This document shows, in pieces, positions 9,240 through 18,754 of a stretch of 43,053 nt of DNA; position 1 is the stretch's first letter; each line of letters starts with the position of its first letter. Source of the stretch: Eubacteriales bacterium (GTDB lineage: Bacteria; Bacillota; Clostridia; Oscillospirales; CAG-272). The notes beneath the pieces were generated by a model. The model made no database searches and was not told where the DNA came from. It saw only the letters and a list, made by a program, of their open reading frames with translations. The stretch lies in the NCBI GenBank assembly GCA_045580065.1, contig JAZNNA010000020.1, forward strand, positions 1-43,053, written 5' to 3'. Made by a program: the position numbers and the translations under genes.

Positions 9240-10150
9240 TCAAGCTGCTTGAGGACGTTTTAAAAAGCAAAAATATTTCTTATCGCCGCGGGGTGCTGAC
9301 CGCATTGCTTTGCAGCTTTCGCATCGGTGGCATTGCCTCACTTTTGATCGAGCCGGATTGCACGCTTGAGCTTATTGAGGCTGTGCGCCTTTGCCATAAT
9401 GCCAAAGCACCTTATTATATTGTGGGAAGGGGAACAAATCTTCTTTTCCCGGACGAAGACATCAAAACCGTTCTGATCTCCACCGCACGCCTGCAGGGGA
9501 TGAGAGAACGATCCGACGGAATTTTTGCCGGGTGCGGCACACCGCTGATCCTGCTTGCCTACCACTCCGCAAGATGCGGATTTGGCGATCTTGTATTTGC
9601 CGGCGGCATTCCCGGCAGCCTTGGCGGCGGCGTGTTTATGAACGCCGGTGCCTACGGCGGCGCGCTTTCCGACGTGATAAAAAGCGTGTGTGTCTATGAT
9701 CCGTTAGAGGATAAAATAAAGACGTATTTTAACAATCAGTTGAGCTTTTCTTATCGAAAAAGCATATTTCAAGAAAAACCGTGGGTGATTTTGTCGGCAG
9801 ACCTGCTTTTAAAAAGCCACGGAGATCCTACTGAGCTTTTACAAAGGATCCGACAGCAGAATCGCGCAAGATCCGCCGCCCAACCCCTGGATCACCCAAG
9901 TGCAGGTAGCTGCTTCTTACGTCCTGCACCGCAGCTTTTCGCTGCGCGGATCCTGGATGAGCTGGGACTGAAGGGCTTGCAGATCGGCGGTGCAGCCGTA
10001 TCGCAAAAGCACGCGGGATTTGTTGTTAACCTTGGCGGCGCCACGGCACACGACGTGATGCAGCTGATTGAAAAGATTCAAAAAATCGTGCAAAAGGAAA
10101 GGGGCATTCTGCTGCAGCCGGAGCTGCGGTTCGTGCCGTGTGGAAAATGA
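9236..10150 (+). CDS. murB: UDP-N-acetylenolpyruvoylglucosamine reductase
   Basis: FRIGG, GRGTNLL, GIPGSLGGGVFMNAGAYG, SAGSCF, KHAGF. Confidence 0.95.
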   Translation: MIKLLEDVLKSKNISYRRGVLTALLCSFRIGGIASLLIEPDCTLELIEAVRLCHNAKAPYYIVGRGTNLLFPDEDIKTVLISTARLQGMRERSDGIFAGCGTPLILLAYHSARCGFGDLVFAGGIPGSLGGGVFMNAGAYGGALSDVIKSVCVYDPLEDKIKTYFNNQLSFSYRKSIFQEKPWVILSADLLLKSHGDPTELLQRIRQQNRARSAAQPLDHPSAGSCFLRPAPQLFAARILDELGLKGLQIGGAAVSQKHAGFVVNLGGATAHDVMQLIEKIQKIVQKERGILLQPELRFVPCGK

Positions 10151-10995
10151 ATTATTCGCTTTCTGTAAAAGAGGAACTGATCGATGGCGCACCGCACGCG
10201 CGGTGCTGCAAGGCCGCTTATGCAAAGGGGCTGCTTTACGATCTGCGCGAGTTGCGCGAGAACTGCCTTGTGCTGGTACTGTCCGGCACGGCGGCCCGAC
10301 GCGAATGCGCCAAGGCCTTTCGCGACCAATATCGCCGTACCGCGCTGCTCAATGGTTCTGTTTTGCTATTTCCATCTGAGGAATTGTATAAGGAGTACAC
10401 CGCACCTCCAGTGTTTGTCTGTCCGCATTGTATGGGACATTTTTTGCGCGGCCTGATGATCGCCAGCGCATCCTTTACAGACCCCACAAAGGCTTATCGG
10501 CTTGAATTTCGCCTTTCAAATCCAGAGCGCGTTGAGTTCCTGGCAAGCTTTTTAGAAGAGCAGGGATGGCGCGCCGGATGCCGTGCGATCAAGGGCGGCG
10601 GTGTGAACATTTATTTTAAAAACAGCACCGTGATCGAGGAGATCTTAAGCCTTACCGCCTGCAACAAGGCATTATTCACGTTGATGAACGCCAAGATCGC
10701 GCACACCATCCGCAACGAGGAAAACCGCGTAACAAACTGTGAAACTAACAATATCAAGCGCTCGGTCAGCGCCTCGGTGCGCTGCTGCGAGGCGATAAAA
10801 AAATTGGAGGAGAACGACCGCCTGGCGGCACTGCCCACCGAGCTGCGCGAAACGGCAACGCTACGCGTGGAAAATCCCGACGTATCCTTAGAGCAGCTCG
10901 CCCATCTCCATAATCCGCCCATCACCAAGTCGGGGCTCAATCACCGGTTGCAAAAAATTCTTGCAGCGGCCGAGGAAATTCCGGGAAATACTTAA
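10147..10995 (+). CDS. whiA: DNA-binding protein WhiA
   Basis: FLRGL...DP..YRLEF, RNEENRVTNCETNN, ITKSGLNHRL; ATG 10147 overlaps murB stop. Confidence 0.92.
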   Translation: MNYSLSVKEELIDGAPHARCCKAAYAKGLLYDLRELRENCLVLVLSGTAARRECAKAFRDQYRRTALLNGSVLLFPSEELYKEYTAPPVFVCPHCMGHFLRGLMIASASFTDPTKAYRLEFRLSNPERVEFLASFLEEQGWRAGCRAIKGGGVNIYFKNSTVIEEILSLTACNKALFTLMNAKIAHTIRNEENRVTNCETNNIKRSVSASVRCCEAIKKLEENDRLAALPTELRETATLRVENPDVSLEQLAHLHNPPITKSGLNHRLQKILAAAEEIPGNT

Positions 10996-11038
10996 TTTTG
11001 CCAAAAATACATGATTTTTAAAAGAAAGGAGCGTTTCC

Positions 11039-14000
11039 GTGTCTAGCTTTGTTCATTTGCATTTGCACAGCGAATACAGCCTGCTTGACGGTGCCTGCCG
11101 TATCAGCGAGATCCCAAAGCGCGCCAAGGAGTGCGGCCACAGCGCGGTAGCGCTTACCGACCACGGCGTGATGTACGGTGCCGTGGCATTTTATCGCGCC
11201 TGTAAGGCTGAGGGCATCAAGCCCATCATCGGCTGCGAGGTCTACGTGGCACCGCGTTCCCGCTTTGATAAAGGAACGGGCGATGCGCATCCCGCGCATC
11301 TTGTTCTTCTTTGTGAAAATGAGATAGGATATCGCAACCTCATCCATCTGGTGTCCCGCTCCTTTACCGAGGGCTTTTATGCGAAGCCGCGCGTGGATCT
11401 GGAGCTGCTGCGCGAGCACTCCGAGGGCCTGATCGCCCTTTCTGCCTGCCTTGCGGGGCGCATCCCACAGCTTTTGCTGCGCGGTGATCTTACCGCCGCG
11501 ACTGAGAGTGCAAAGGAGCTTTCCGGCATTTTCGGAAAGGATCATTTTTATATCGAGCTGCAAAACCACGGCCTTGAGGAGCAAAAGCAGGTGCTGCCAC
11601 TGCTTGTCAGGCTGGCCGAGGAATGCGGGCTACCCATGGTAGCCACCAACGACTGTCATTATCTGCGCCGTAGCGATGCACAAACGCAGGCAGTACTGCT
11701 TTGCATCCAGACCAACAACCAGCTGGATGACGGCAGACCCATCGGCTTTGAAACCGACGAGTTCTACTATAAGGACACTGCCGAGATGCAGGCGTTGTTC
11801 GGGCGCTTTGAGGGCGCGATCGAAAACACCGCAAGGATCGCCGAGCGCTGCCGATTTGAGTTTGATTTTTCTAAAACCTTTTTGCCAAAATTCCCGTGCC
11901 CCACAGCAAAGACCTCGCCGCAATACCTGCGCGAGCTTGCCGAGCAGGGCTTTGAAAAAAGAAAAAGAGCAGGGCATCTGCACCCCGAGCGCCACACCGA
12001 CGAGGAATACCGTGCCCGTATGGAATACGAGCTTTCTGTGATCGAAAAGATGGGCTATGCCGATTATTTTCTGATCGTGCAGGACTACGTAAACTTTGCG
12101 CGCTCCAGAAAGATCCCCGTGGGGCCCGGCAGAGGCTCGGGTGCGGGGAGCATCGTGGCCTTTTTCCTTGGGATTACCGACGTAGATTCGCTTTATCACG
12201 ATCTGCTCTTTGAAAGGTTTTTAAATCCTGAGCGCGTCAGCATGCCCGATATTGATATGGATTTTTGCTACAACCGCCGCGAGGAGGTCATCGCCTACGT
12301 CAGCGACCGATACGGCAAGGATCACGTTTCACAGATCGTTACCTTTGGTACTCTTGCTGCCCGCGCCGCTATCCGCGACGTCGGCCGTGTGCTGGGTATG
12401 CCTTACAGCGCGGTTGACGAGGTGGCAAAGGCTATCCCGCGCGAGCTTGGCATCACCATCGCGCAGGCGCTGCAGCTTCCGGACCTGAAAAACCTGTATC
12501 GCTCGCCGGAATACAAGCGTCTGATCGACCTTGCCATGGCGTTGGAGGGAATGCCGCGCAATCTTTCTATCCACGCGGCGGGCGTTGTGATCACCGAGCG
12601 CCCCTTGTCTGAGTATCTGCCGCTTGCGGCCAGCAATGGCGTTGTCGTAACGCAATACGATATGGATACCATTGCCGAGCTTGGGCTTTTAAAGTTTGAT
12701 TTTCTTGGCCTGCGCTATCTCACCATCATCAACGATGCCGTGCTGCAGATCAAGGAAAGCGAGCCGGATTTTGACATTGAAAAGATCCCGCTTGACGACA
12801 AAAAAACCTACAAGCTCATCTCCAAGGGCGCCACGACCGGCATCTTCCAGCTGGAATCCGGCGGAATGCGCCAGATGCTGATGAACCTGCAGCCCGAGCG
12901 CTTTGAGGATATCGTGGCGGCCATCGCGCTTTATCGTCCCGGCCCCATGGACTCTATCCCCACCTTTATTGAAAACCGCAAAAAACCGCAAAGCATCACC
13001 TATCGCACACCGCAGATGCAGCCGATCCTGCAAAACACCTACGGATGTGTGGTGTATCAGGAGCAGGTGATGCAGATCTTCCGCGAGCTTGCCGGCTACA
13101 CCTTCGGCCACGCCGACGTGGTGCGCCGCGCTATGTCCAAGAAAAAGGCAAGCGTGATGGAAGCCGAGCGCGACGGATTCTTGTCGGGATGCGCCGAGCG
13201 CGGCATCGCACCTGATATTGCCGGTGCGATCTTCGATGATCTTGCAGCCTTTGCGCATTATGCGTTCAACAAAAGCCACGCCGCGGCGTATGCGGTGATC
13301 TCTTATCGCACAGCCTATCTCAAGGCACACTACCCCAAAGCGTATTTCGCGGCTCTGCTTACCTCTGAGCTTGGCAATATGCCAAAGATCGCCGAATATA
13401 TTGCCGAGGCCGCCAAGTTTGGTGTGCGCGTGCTACCACCCGATATCAATGAGTCTAACGTGACCTTTCACGTCAGCGGCGAGCATATCCGTTTTGGGCT
13501 GCTTGCGCTGAAAAACGTTGGCAAGGCCTTTTTAGAGGCTGCCGTCAGCGAGCGCGTCAGAAACGGCGCCTACACCTCATTTGACGACTTTTTAGAAAGA
13601 CTTTGCGACGCAGACCTCAACCGCAGACAGATCGAATCGCTGATTAAGGCGGGCGCATTTGACACGCTGGGAACGGCGCGCAGCCGCCTGCTTGCAGTAA
13701 GCGAACAGATCCTGGAAAGCCTGCAAAGCCGCAACCGCGCAAACCTCACAGGGCAGCTTGATATGTTTTCGACTGCCGGAAGCGCGCGCCCCGCGCTGGA
13801 ATACCCCAACATTCCTGAATTTGGCCTAAAGGAATTGCTTGCCATGGAGAAGGAAGCAACCGGTATGTATTTTTCCGGCCATATGCTCGACGGCTTTTCC
13901 AAGGCACTTGACGACCCGGATCTCACGCAGATCCGCGACCTTTTACAAACCGACGCGGATGGGGAATACGCTTTTGCCGACCGCGCACGCGTCAGTGTTG

Positions 14001-14551
14001 CGGGTATCGTGACGGCGATCACCTCAAAGGTAACCAAAAAAGATGAGCGCATGGCATTCTTCACGCTTGAGGACCGCTATGCGGATATTGAGTGCATCGT
14101 GTTTCCGAAGTCGCTTAGCGAATATGGCCACCTTTTGCGTGCAGACAGTGTTCTGCGCGTTGAGGGAACGCTTTCCCTGCGTGAGGATGAAAAGCCCAAG
14201 CTCCTGCTCTCGCGCGTGAGTGAGCTTGCGGATAACGAGCATTTTCAGCAGCAAAGCCCCACCACAAGGCAAACGCCGCCCGTGCAAAAGCCGGCAGAGC
14301 AAGCAGCAGCGCCGGGGCCAAGCACGCAAAAAGCCCCAAGGATCCTTTATCTCCGCGTACCGGATCTGAAGGGAGAGCCTTACAAGCGCGCCAAAAATCT
14401 GCTGGAGATCTTTGAGGGCAGCTTGCCCGTCAGCATTTTTGATGCTGCAAGCAAAAGCTATCACAAGCTTGAGCTTGGCTTTGACTGCACGCCTTATACG
14501 CTCGGCGAGTTAAAAAAGCTCCTCGGCGAGGATAACGTTGTTTTAAAATAA
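11039..14551 (+). CDS. dnaE: DNA polymerase III alpha subunit
   Basis: HLHLHSEYSLLDG PHP domain, GPGRGSGAGS, SMPDIDMDF, KFDFLGL, YAFNKSH; GTG start with AAGGAG RBS; no intein. Confidence 0.97.
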   Translation: MSSFVHLHLHSEYSLLDGACRISEIPKRAKECGHSAVALTDHGVMYGAVAFYRACKAEGIKPIIGCEVYVAPRSRFDKGTGDAHPAHLVLLCENEIGYRNLIHLVSRSFTEGFYAKPRVDLELLREHSEGLIALSACLAGRIPQLLLRGDLTAATESAKELSGIFGKDHFYIELQNHGLEEQKQVLPLLVRLAEECGLPMVATNDCHYLRRSDAQTQAVLLCIQTNNQLDDGRPIGFETDEFYYKDTAEMQALFGRFEGAIENTARIAERCRFEFDFSKTFLPKFPCPTAKTSPQYLRELAEQGFEKRKRAGHLHPERHTDEEYRARMEYELSVIEKMGYADYFLIVQDYVNFARSRKIPVGPGRGSGAGSIVAFFLGITDVDSLYHDLLFERFLNPERVSMPDIDMDFCYNRREEVIAYVSDRYGKDHVSQIVTFGTLAARAAIRDVGRVLGMPYSAVDEVAKAIPRELGITIAQALQLPDLKNLYRSPEYKRLIDLAMALEGMPRNLSIHAAGVVITERPLSEYLPLAASNGVVVTQYDMDTIAELGLLKFDFLGLRYLTIINDAVLQIKESEPDFDIEKIPLDDKKTYKLISKGATTGIFQLESGGMRQMLMNLQPERFEDIVAAIALYRPGPMDSIPTFIENRKKPQSITYRTPQMQPILQNTYGCVVYQEQVMQIFRELAGYTFGHADVVRRAMSKKKASVMEAERDGFLSGCAERGIAPDIAGAIFDDLAAFAHYAFNKSHAAAYAVISYRTAYLKAHYPKAYFAALLTSELGNMPKIAEYIAEAAKFGVRVLPPDINESNVTFHVSGEHIRFGLLALKNVGKAFLEAAVSERVRNGAYTSFDDFLERLCDADLNRRQIESLIKAGAFDTLGTARSRLLAVSEQILESLQSRNRANLTGQLDMFSTAGSARPALEYPNIPEFGLKELLAMEKEATGMYFSGHMLDGFSKALDDPDLTQIRDLLQTDADGEYAFADRARVSVAGIVTAITSKVTKKDERMAFFTLEDRYADIECIVFPKSLSEYGHLLRADSVLRVEGTLSLREDEKPKLLLSRVSELADNEHFQQQSPTTRQTPPVQKPAEQAAAPGPSTQKAPRILYLRVPDLKGEPYKRAKNLLEIFEGSLPVSIFDAASKSYHKLELGFDCTPYTLGELKKLLGEDNVVLK

Positions 14552-14583
14552 CAAAAAACGAGCGATCCACCAGAATATAACCT

Positions 14584-14613
14584 GTATTTTCACCCCCCAC
14601 TCATGGCAAAATG
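14584..14613 (+). promoter_or_regulatory. Putative forespore sigma-G/F-type promoter of the class A PBP
   Basis: GTATT-18 bp-CAAAATG versus sigma-G consensus GHATR-N18-CATAxTA; imperfect match. Confidence 0.4.
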
Positions 14614-14634
14614 TCAGTGAGTGGGGGTGTTTTT
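14591..14634 (+). terminator. Hairpin plus T-run after dnaE that also covers the PBP RBS
   Basis: CCCCCACTCA (14594-14603) pairs perfectly with TGAGTGGGGG (14618-14627); TTTTT follows, then ATG. Confidence 0.6.
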
Positions 14635-17019
14635 ATGTGGATAAAAAAACTGGGGCGCGTATTGCTTGTAGCAATGCTTTCTGTGCTGCTTTTTTCCTTA
14701 ATCGCAGCAAGCGCGGCGGTCGCAGCCTTTGGCGCGTGGGCATATCAGCTGCCCGACAGGCGCCTTGATACCGAGATTTTTGAAAGCGTTAACAAGGACC
14801 GTACTACGCGGCTGTACTGCCGCACACTATCGGGCGAGGTGACCGAGCTTTCCGAGGATCGCATCAGCGGTTATGAAAACGCCTTGTTTTGCCCGCTTGA
14901 GCAAATGTCGCCGCATTTGATCGATGCCTTTGTTGCTATTGAAGATAAGCGCTTTTTTCAGCACGGCGGTATTGACTGGGCGCGCACAGCATCGGCGGTG
15001 CTGAATTATATGCGCGGTAGCGATAAAAGCTTTGGCGGTTCTACCATTACGCAGCAGCTGGTAAAAAACATTACGGGCGATAACGAGCGAAGCGTGCGCC
15101 GCAAGGTCGCAGAGCTGCTGCGCGCCGTGCAGGTGGAAAAAATCTATAGCAAAAACGAAATATTAGAGCAATATCTGAACGTGGTAAGCCTCTCGCAGGG
15201 CTGCTACGGCGTGCGCACCGCCGCAAACGTTTATTTTTCTAAGGAACCAAGCGAGCTTTCGCTTGACGAAGCGGCAACACTGGCCGCGATCACCAATAAT
15301 CCCAGCAAATACGACCCCATCAAGCACCCGCAGCAAAGCCGCGCGCGGCGCGATATCATCCTTTCTGAGATGCTAAAGCAAGGAAAAATAACACAAAAGG
15401 AATACGAGCATGCCGTTTCCGCCGAAACCGTTCTTACAGTAAATGATGCCGCGCGCTCGGTGCGCATCAACTCCTGGTATGCAGATATGGTGATCGAGGA
15501 CGTGATCGCGGCCCTTGTGCGCGAGCGCGGCATGACCGAGGCAGCTGCAAGCCGGCTTGTATACTGCGGCGGGCTGAAGATCTACACACCTATGATACGG
15601 GAGCTGCAGGAGATCGTCAGCGATTTTTATGAAGATCCAAACAATTTTCCAACGCACGAGTGCGGCAAAAAAGCACAAAGCGCCCTGATGCTGCTTGATC
15701 CGCACACCGGTGAGATCCTTGCCGTATCCGGCGCCGTGGGTAAGAAAAGCTCAAACCGCGTCCAAAGCTATGCCACAAAGGCAAAGCGCCCATCCGGATC
15801 GGTCATAAAGCCGCTTTCGGTCTATGCTCCCGCCCTGGAAGGGGGACTGATCACTTATGCCACGGTGTTTGATGATGTTCCGCTTTCCTTTCGCGAAAAC
15901 GGCGCGCCTTGGCCGCGCAACTCGCCAAATCTTTACCGAGGGCTGACCACGGTGAACACTGCCCTGATGCACTCTGTCAATACCGTAAGCGTTTCTGTGC
16001 TGAAAAGGGTGGGGAATGCAAATTCCTATCGCTTCCTCACGGAAAAGCTTGGATTTTCCTCGCTGGATAAAGAAAAGGATCTGGGCGCGGCGGCACTGGC
16101 GCTCGGACAGCAGCACACAGGCGTGATGCTGCGCGAGATCGTTGGCGGATATACGGCGCTTGCAGGGGAGGGGGTCTATCACGCACCGCAAAGCTTTTTG
16201 AGAGTTGAGGGGAGCGACGGTAAAATATTGCTACAGGAAAAGGAGCAGGGCAAACGCGTTTTGGATAGGTCAAATGCTGCGATACTCACCATGATGCTGC
16301 GCGGTGCAGTACGTGAGGGAACGGGAAGTGCGATCACCGCAGACAAGCAGGTGGAGATCGCAGGCAAAACGGGAACAACGGGCAAAAATTGCGACAAATG
16401 GTTTGTTGGCTACACCCCGGAGCTTTTGTGCGGCGTGTGGTACGGATACGAGTATCCCGCACCGTTAAACGATGTAAAGGGCAATCCTGCGCTTGGGATA
16501 TTTGATACGGTGATGCAAAAAATACTGTCCGTGTCCCCCGCAAAAAAACGCGTGTTCGAAACGCCGGACGACGTGATCGCCGTGCGCTTTTGCCGCGACT
16601 CCGGGCAGCTGCTGTCGGATGCCTGCCACCTGGATCCTCGTGGTGATCGCTCTGAGATCGGATACTTTAAAAGGGGAAGCGAACCACGGGAGCACTGTAG
16701 CTGCCACGTCTGTATCTCCTACTGCGAGGGAGGTGGTATTGCCGGCATCGGCTGCCCACACGAGGGGTGCAGGCAAGTGGCACTTTTGCGGATCCTGCGG
16801 CATTTTCCACGTCAGATCTGCGTGCAGGATGCCCCTTACACCTATGCTGGAGTGGTGCCGAATATACAACCAAATTTCACATCTAATGAACCATATTATG
16901 CGCTTTATTACAATTCAAAGCAAAATTTCGGCATTGGAATGGGCGTTATCCCTTACAACCGTCTTTGTCCCGCGCATCATGGCGACCCCTTCTGGCGTCG
17001 ACGTGGTCCGGCGGCATAA
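14635..17019 (+). CDS. Class A penicillin-binding protein (transglycosylase + transpeptidase) with Cys/His-rich C-terminus
   Basis: EDKRFFQHGG, GGSTITQQLVKN, SxxK (SVIK), SxN (SVN), KTG. Confidence 0.95.
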   Translation: MWIKKLGRVLLVAMLSVLLFSLIAASAAVAAFGAWAYQLPDRRLDTEIFESVNKDRTTRLYCRTLSGEVTELSEDRISGYENALFCPLEQMSPHLIDAFVAIEDKRFFQHGGIDWARTASAVLNYMRGSDKSFGGSTITQQLVKNITGDNERSVRRKVAELLRAVQVEKIYSKNEILEQYLNVVSLSQGCYGVRTAANVYFSKEPSELSLDEAATLAAITNNPSKYDPIKHPQQSRARRDIILSEMLKQGKITQKEYEHAVSAETVLTVNDAARSVRINSWYADMVIEDVIAALVRERGMTEAAASRLVYCGGLKIYTPMIRELQEIVSDFYEDPNNFPTHECGKKAQSALMLLDPHTGEILAVSGAVGKKSSNRVQSYATKAKRPSGSVIKPLSVYAPALEGGLITYATVFDDVPLSFRENGAPWPRNSPNLYRGLTTVNTALMHSVNTVSVSVLKRVGNANSYRFLTEKLGFSSLDKEKDLGAAALALGQQHTGVMLREIVGGYTALAGEGVYHAPQSFLRVEGSDGKILLQEKEQGKRVLDRSNAAILTMMLRGAVREGTGSAITADKQVEIAGKTGTTGKNCDKWFVGYTPELLCGVWYGYEYPAPLNDVKGNPALGIFDTVMQKILSVSPAKKRVFETPDDVIAVRFCRDSGQLLSDACHLDPRGDRSEIGYFKRGSEPREHCSCHVCISYCEGGGIAGIGCPHEGCRQVALLRILRHFPRQICVQDAPYTYAGVVPNIQPNFTSNEPYYALYYNSKQNFGIGMGVIPYNRLCPAHHGDPFWRRRGPAA

Positions 17020-17020
17020 A

Positions 17021-17062
17021 AAAGGTTTGCAGCCCTTTGCGCGCAAAGGGCTGCAAGCCTTT
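17021..17062. terminator. Long palindrome, likely bidirectional terminator between convergent genes
   Basis: Perfect 30-bp palindrome TTGCAGCCCTTTGCGCGCAAAGGGCTGCAA (17027-17056), extended by AAAGG/CCTTT. Confidence 0.75.
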
Positions 17063-17095
17063 GATCCTTGTATGATCTTATTCCATAAGGCGATA

Positions 17096-17971
17096 CTATT
17101 CTTTCTGTGCGTTGCTGCCAAGCAGCACAACGCCAAGCAGCACAAGCAGAATGCCAATCGCCAGAAGGACCGTCATTTTTTCTTCAAAAAACAAAATGCC
17201 AAACACCGTAGCAGAAAGCGGTTCCATCACTCCAAGTGCGGTGGCGGTTCCGGCCGGAAGCTTACGCATAGCCAATGTGTACAGCGTATACGGTGCAATA
17301 AAGGTCATAAGCCCGATGCCAAGCATAAGTGGGATCGTTAGCAGGGGCTCCTTTGCGGCATTTTTTGCGATATCAAGCGGCTGGCACACAGCGATCGCCA
17401 CAAGTGCCATAAAAAGAAATGCGTAAAGATTTATCTGCAGGGCAGACGTCTTTTTTTGCACGGCAATTTTGGTAAACACATTGTAGGCCGCATAGCAAAC
17501 GCCGGAGAGCAGTCCCAGTAAAACGCCGACAAGATTTGCTTCAAAATCCCCGATGATACCGGAAACAAAGCAGCAACCAAGCAGCACGCAGGCGAGTGCG
17601 CCAAGCTTTTTGGGCGAGAGCCTTTCGCCAAAAAAGATGACGGAAAAGATCAACACGTAAACGGGCGCCATATACATCAGCATCACGGCCGTTGCAATGG
17701 TGGTCAGCTGCATCGATGCATAATAGGCGCTTGCCGTTCCAAACAGCGAAAGGCCGATCAAGGCGCAAAGCAGCAGCATTTTAGGGGAAATGCGAAAGAG
17801 CGAGCGCTTGCAGATAAGTGCATACAGAAGGATGCACAAAAAGGAAACACCGCCGCGCATTGCAACCATTTGCAGCGAGGTAAATCCAAAGGGGGCAAGA
17901 AGATTTACAAAGATGCCGGAGGTGCCCCAAAGAATACCGGCAGTGATAATATAAAGAAATTCCTTTTTCAT
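17096..17971 (-). CDS. EamA/DMT family transporter
   Basis: About 10 TM segments in two repeats; LWGTSG, FFGERL, EPLSATVFGILFFEE. Confidence 0.92.
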   Translation of the reverse strand: MKKEFLYIITAGILWGTSGIFVNLLAPFGFTSLQMVAMRGGVSFLCILLYALICKRSLFRISPKMLLLCALIGLSLFGTASAYYASMQLTTIATAVMLMYMAPVYVLIFSVIFFGERLSPKKLGALACVLLGCCFVSGIIGDFEANLVGVLLGLLSGVCYAAYNVFTKIAVQKKTSALQINLYAFLFMALVAIAVCQPLDIAKNAAKEPLLTIPLMLGIGLMTFIAPYTLYTLAMRKLPAGTATALGVMEPLSATVFGILFFEEKMTVLLAIGILLVLLGVVLLGSNAQKE

Positions 17972-17997
17972 AGTCGTTTGAGTGGATGTATGTAATT

Positions 17998-18747
17998 TTA
18001 GTCCTCAAAGACCAGCTTGATGCCCATATCCTGCACGCGCTTGCAATAATCCTGCACGCGCTGTGGCAGATAATCCTCGATGCGGTGGCCATCGAAGCCG
18101 ATGGAAAGCCGCACGCCGGAGCGACGCACCAGCTGCTGCTCCTCCTTGCTTTCAAAAAAGCGGAGCATATACTCGTGCTCGTGATATTTGTGGATGCTAT
18201 CAAAGCTTACGTTCATTTCCCAAAAGATATTTTGCTCTGCCATGCGCGAAAGATACTCAAGCGGATCCTCGCCCCGTTTTTTGATAAAAGAAAGCAGATC
18301 GGTATGCGCCACGCCGACGGCAGGACAGCCGCATCGCTTTGCAAAGGAGAACAGATCGCCTTTGGTGCAGGAGGTTTCATCATCCAGATGCTCCAGCAGA
18401 CAATAATCAAAAAAGGAGATATCTGCATCGTCAGGCAGGATCACCTTTTCAAGGCTTGTAGTAGTCGCCACCTCGATACCGCGCAAAATGCGGATCTTAC
18501 CGGCATATTTATCGCGGATCAGGGTCATATGCTCAAAATAGCGCTGCAGCGTGCGCTGCGGATACTTGTTTGGGATCACATCGATCGGCGCTTTTCTGGC
18601 GTCGTGACGGCAAAAGCCAACGCCGTGGGCATGGTCGGTAAAGCCGAAAAGCTGAATACCGCCCTCGATCGCCGCTTCAACGATCCGCTCAGGGCTGTCC
18701 TTTCCGCAAAAGGAATAATAGGTGTGTGAATGCAGGTCCTGTATCAT
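17998..18747 (-). CDS. PHP-domain phosphoesterase (HisJ/HisK-like)
   Basis: DLHSHT, TDH, GIE, AH and DxH (FDGH) motifs. Confidence 0.88.
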   Translation of the reverse strand: MIQDLHSHTYYSFCGKDSPERIVEAAIEGGIQLFGFTDHAHGVGFCRHDARKAPIDVIPNKYPQRTLQRYFEHMTLIRDKYAGKIRILRGIEVATTTSLEKVILPDDADISFFDYCLLEHLDDETSCTKGDLFSFAKRCGCPAVGVAHTDLLSFIKKRGEDPLEYLSRMAEQNIFWEMNVSFDSIHKYHEHEYMLRFFESKEEQQLVRRSGVRLSIGFDGHRIEDYLPQRVQDYCKRVQDMGIKLVFED

Positions 18748-18754
18748 AATTTCC

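Noticed and set aside
10147-10995. Homing endonuclease or mobile element
   Set aside because: WhiA is a domesticated LAGLIDADG-derived DNA-binding protein, here in a normal housekeeping context
11039-14551. Intein or split in dnaE
   Set aside because: Ordinary 1170-aa length with contiguous motifs; the Q/P/A-rich segment near the end is a linker
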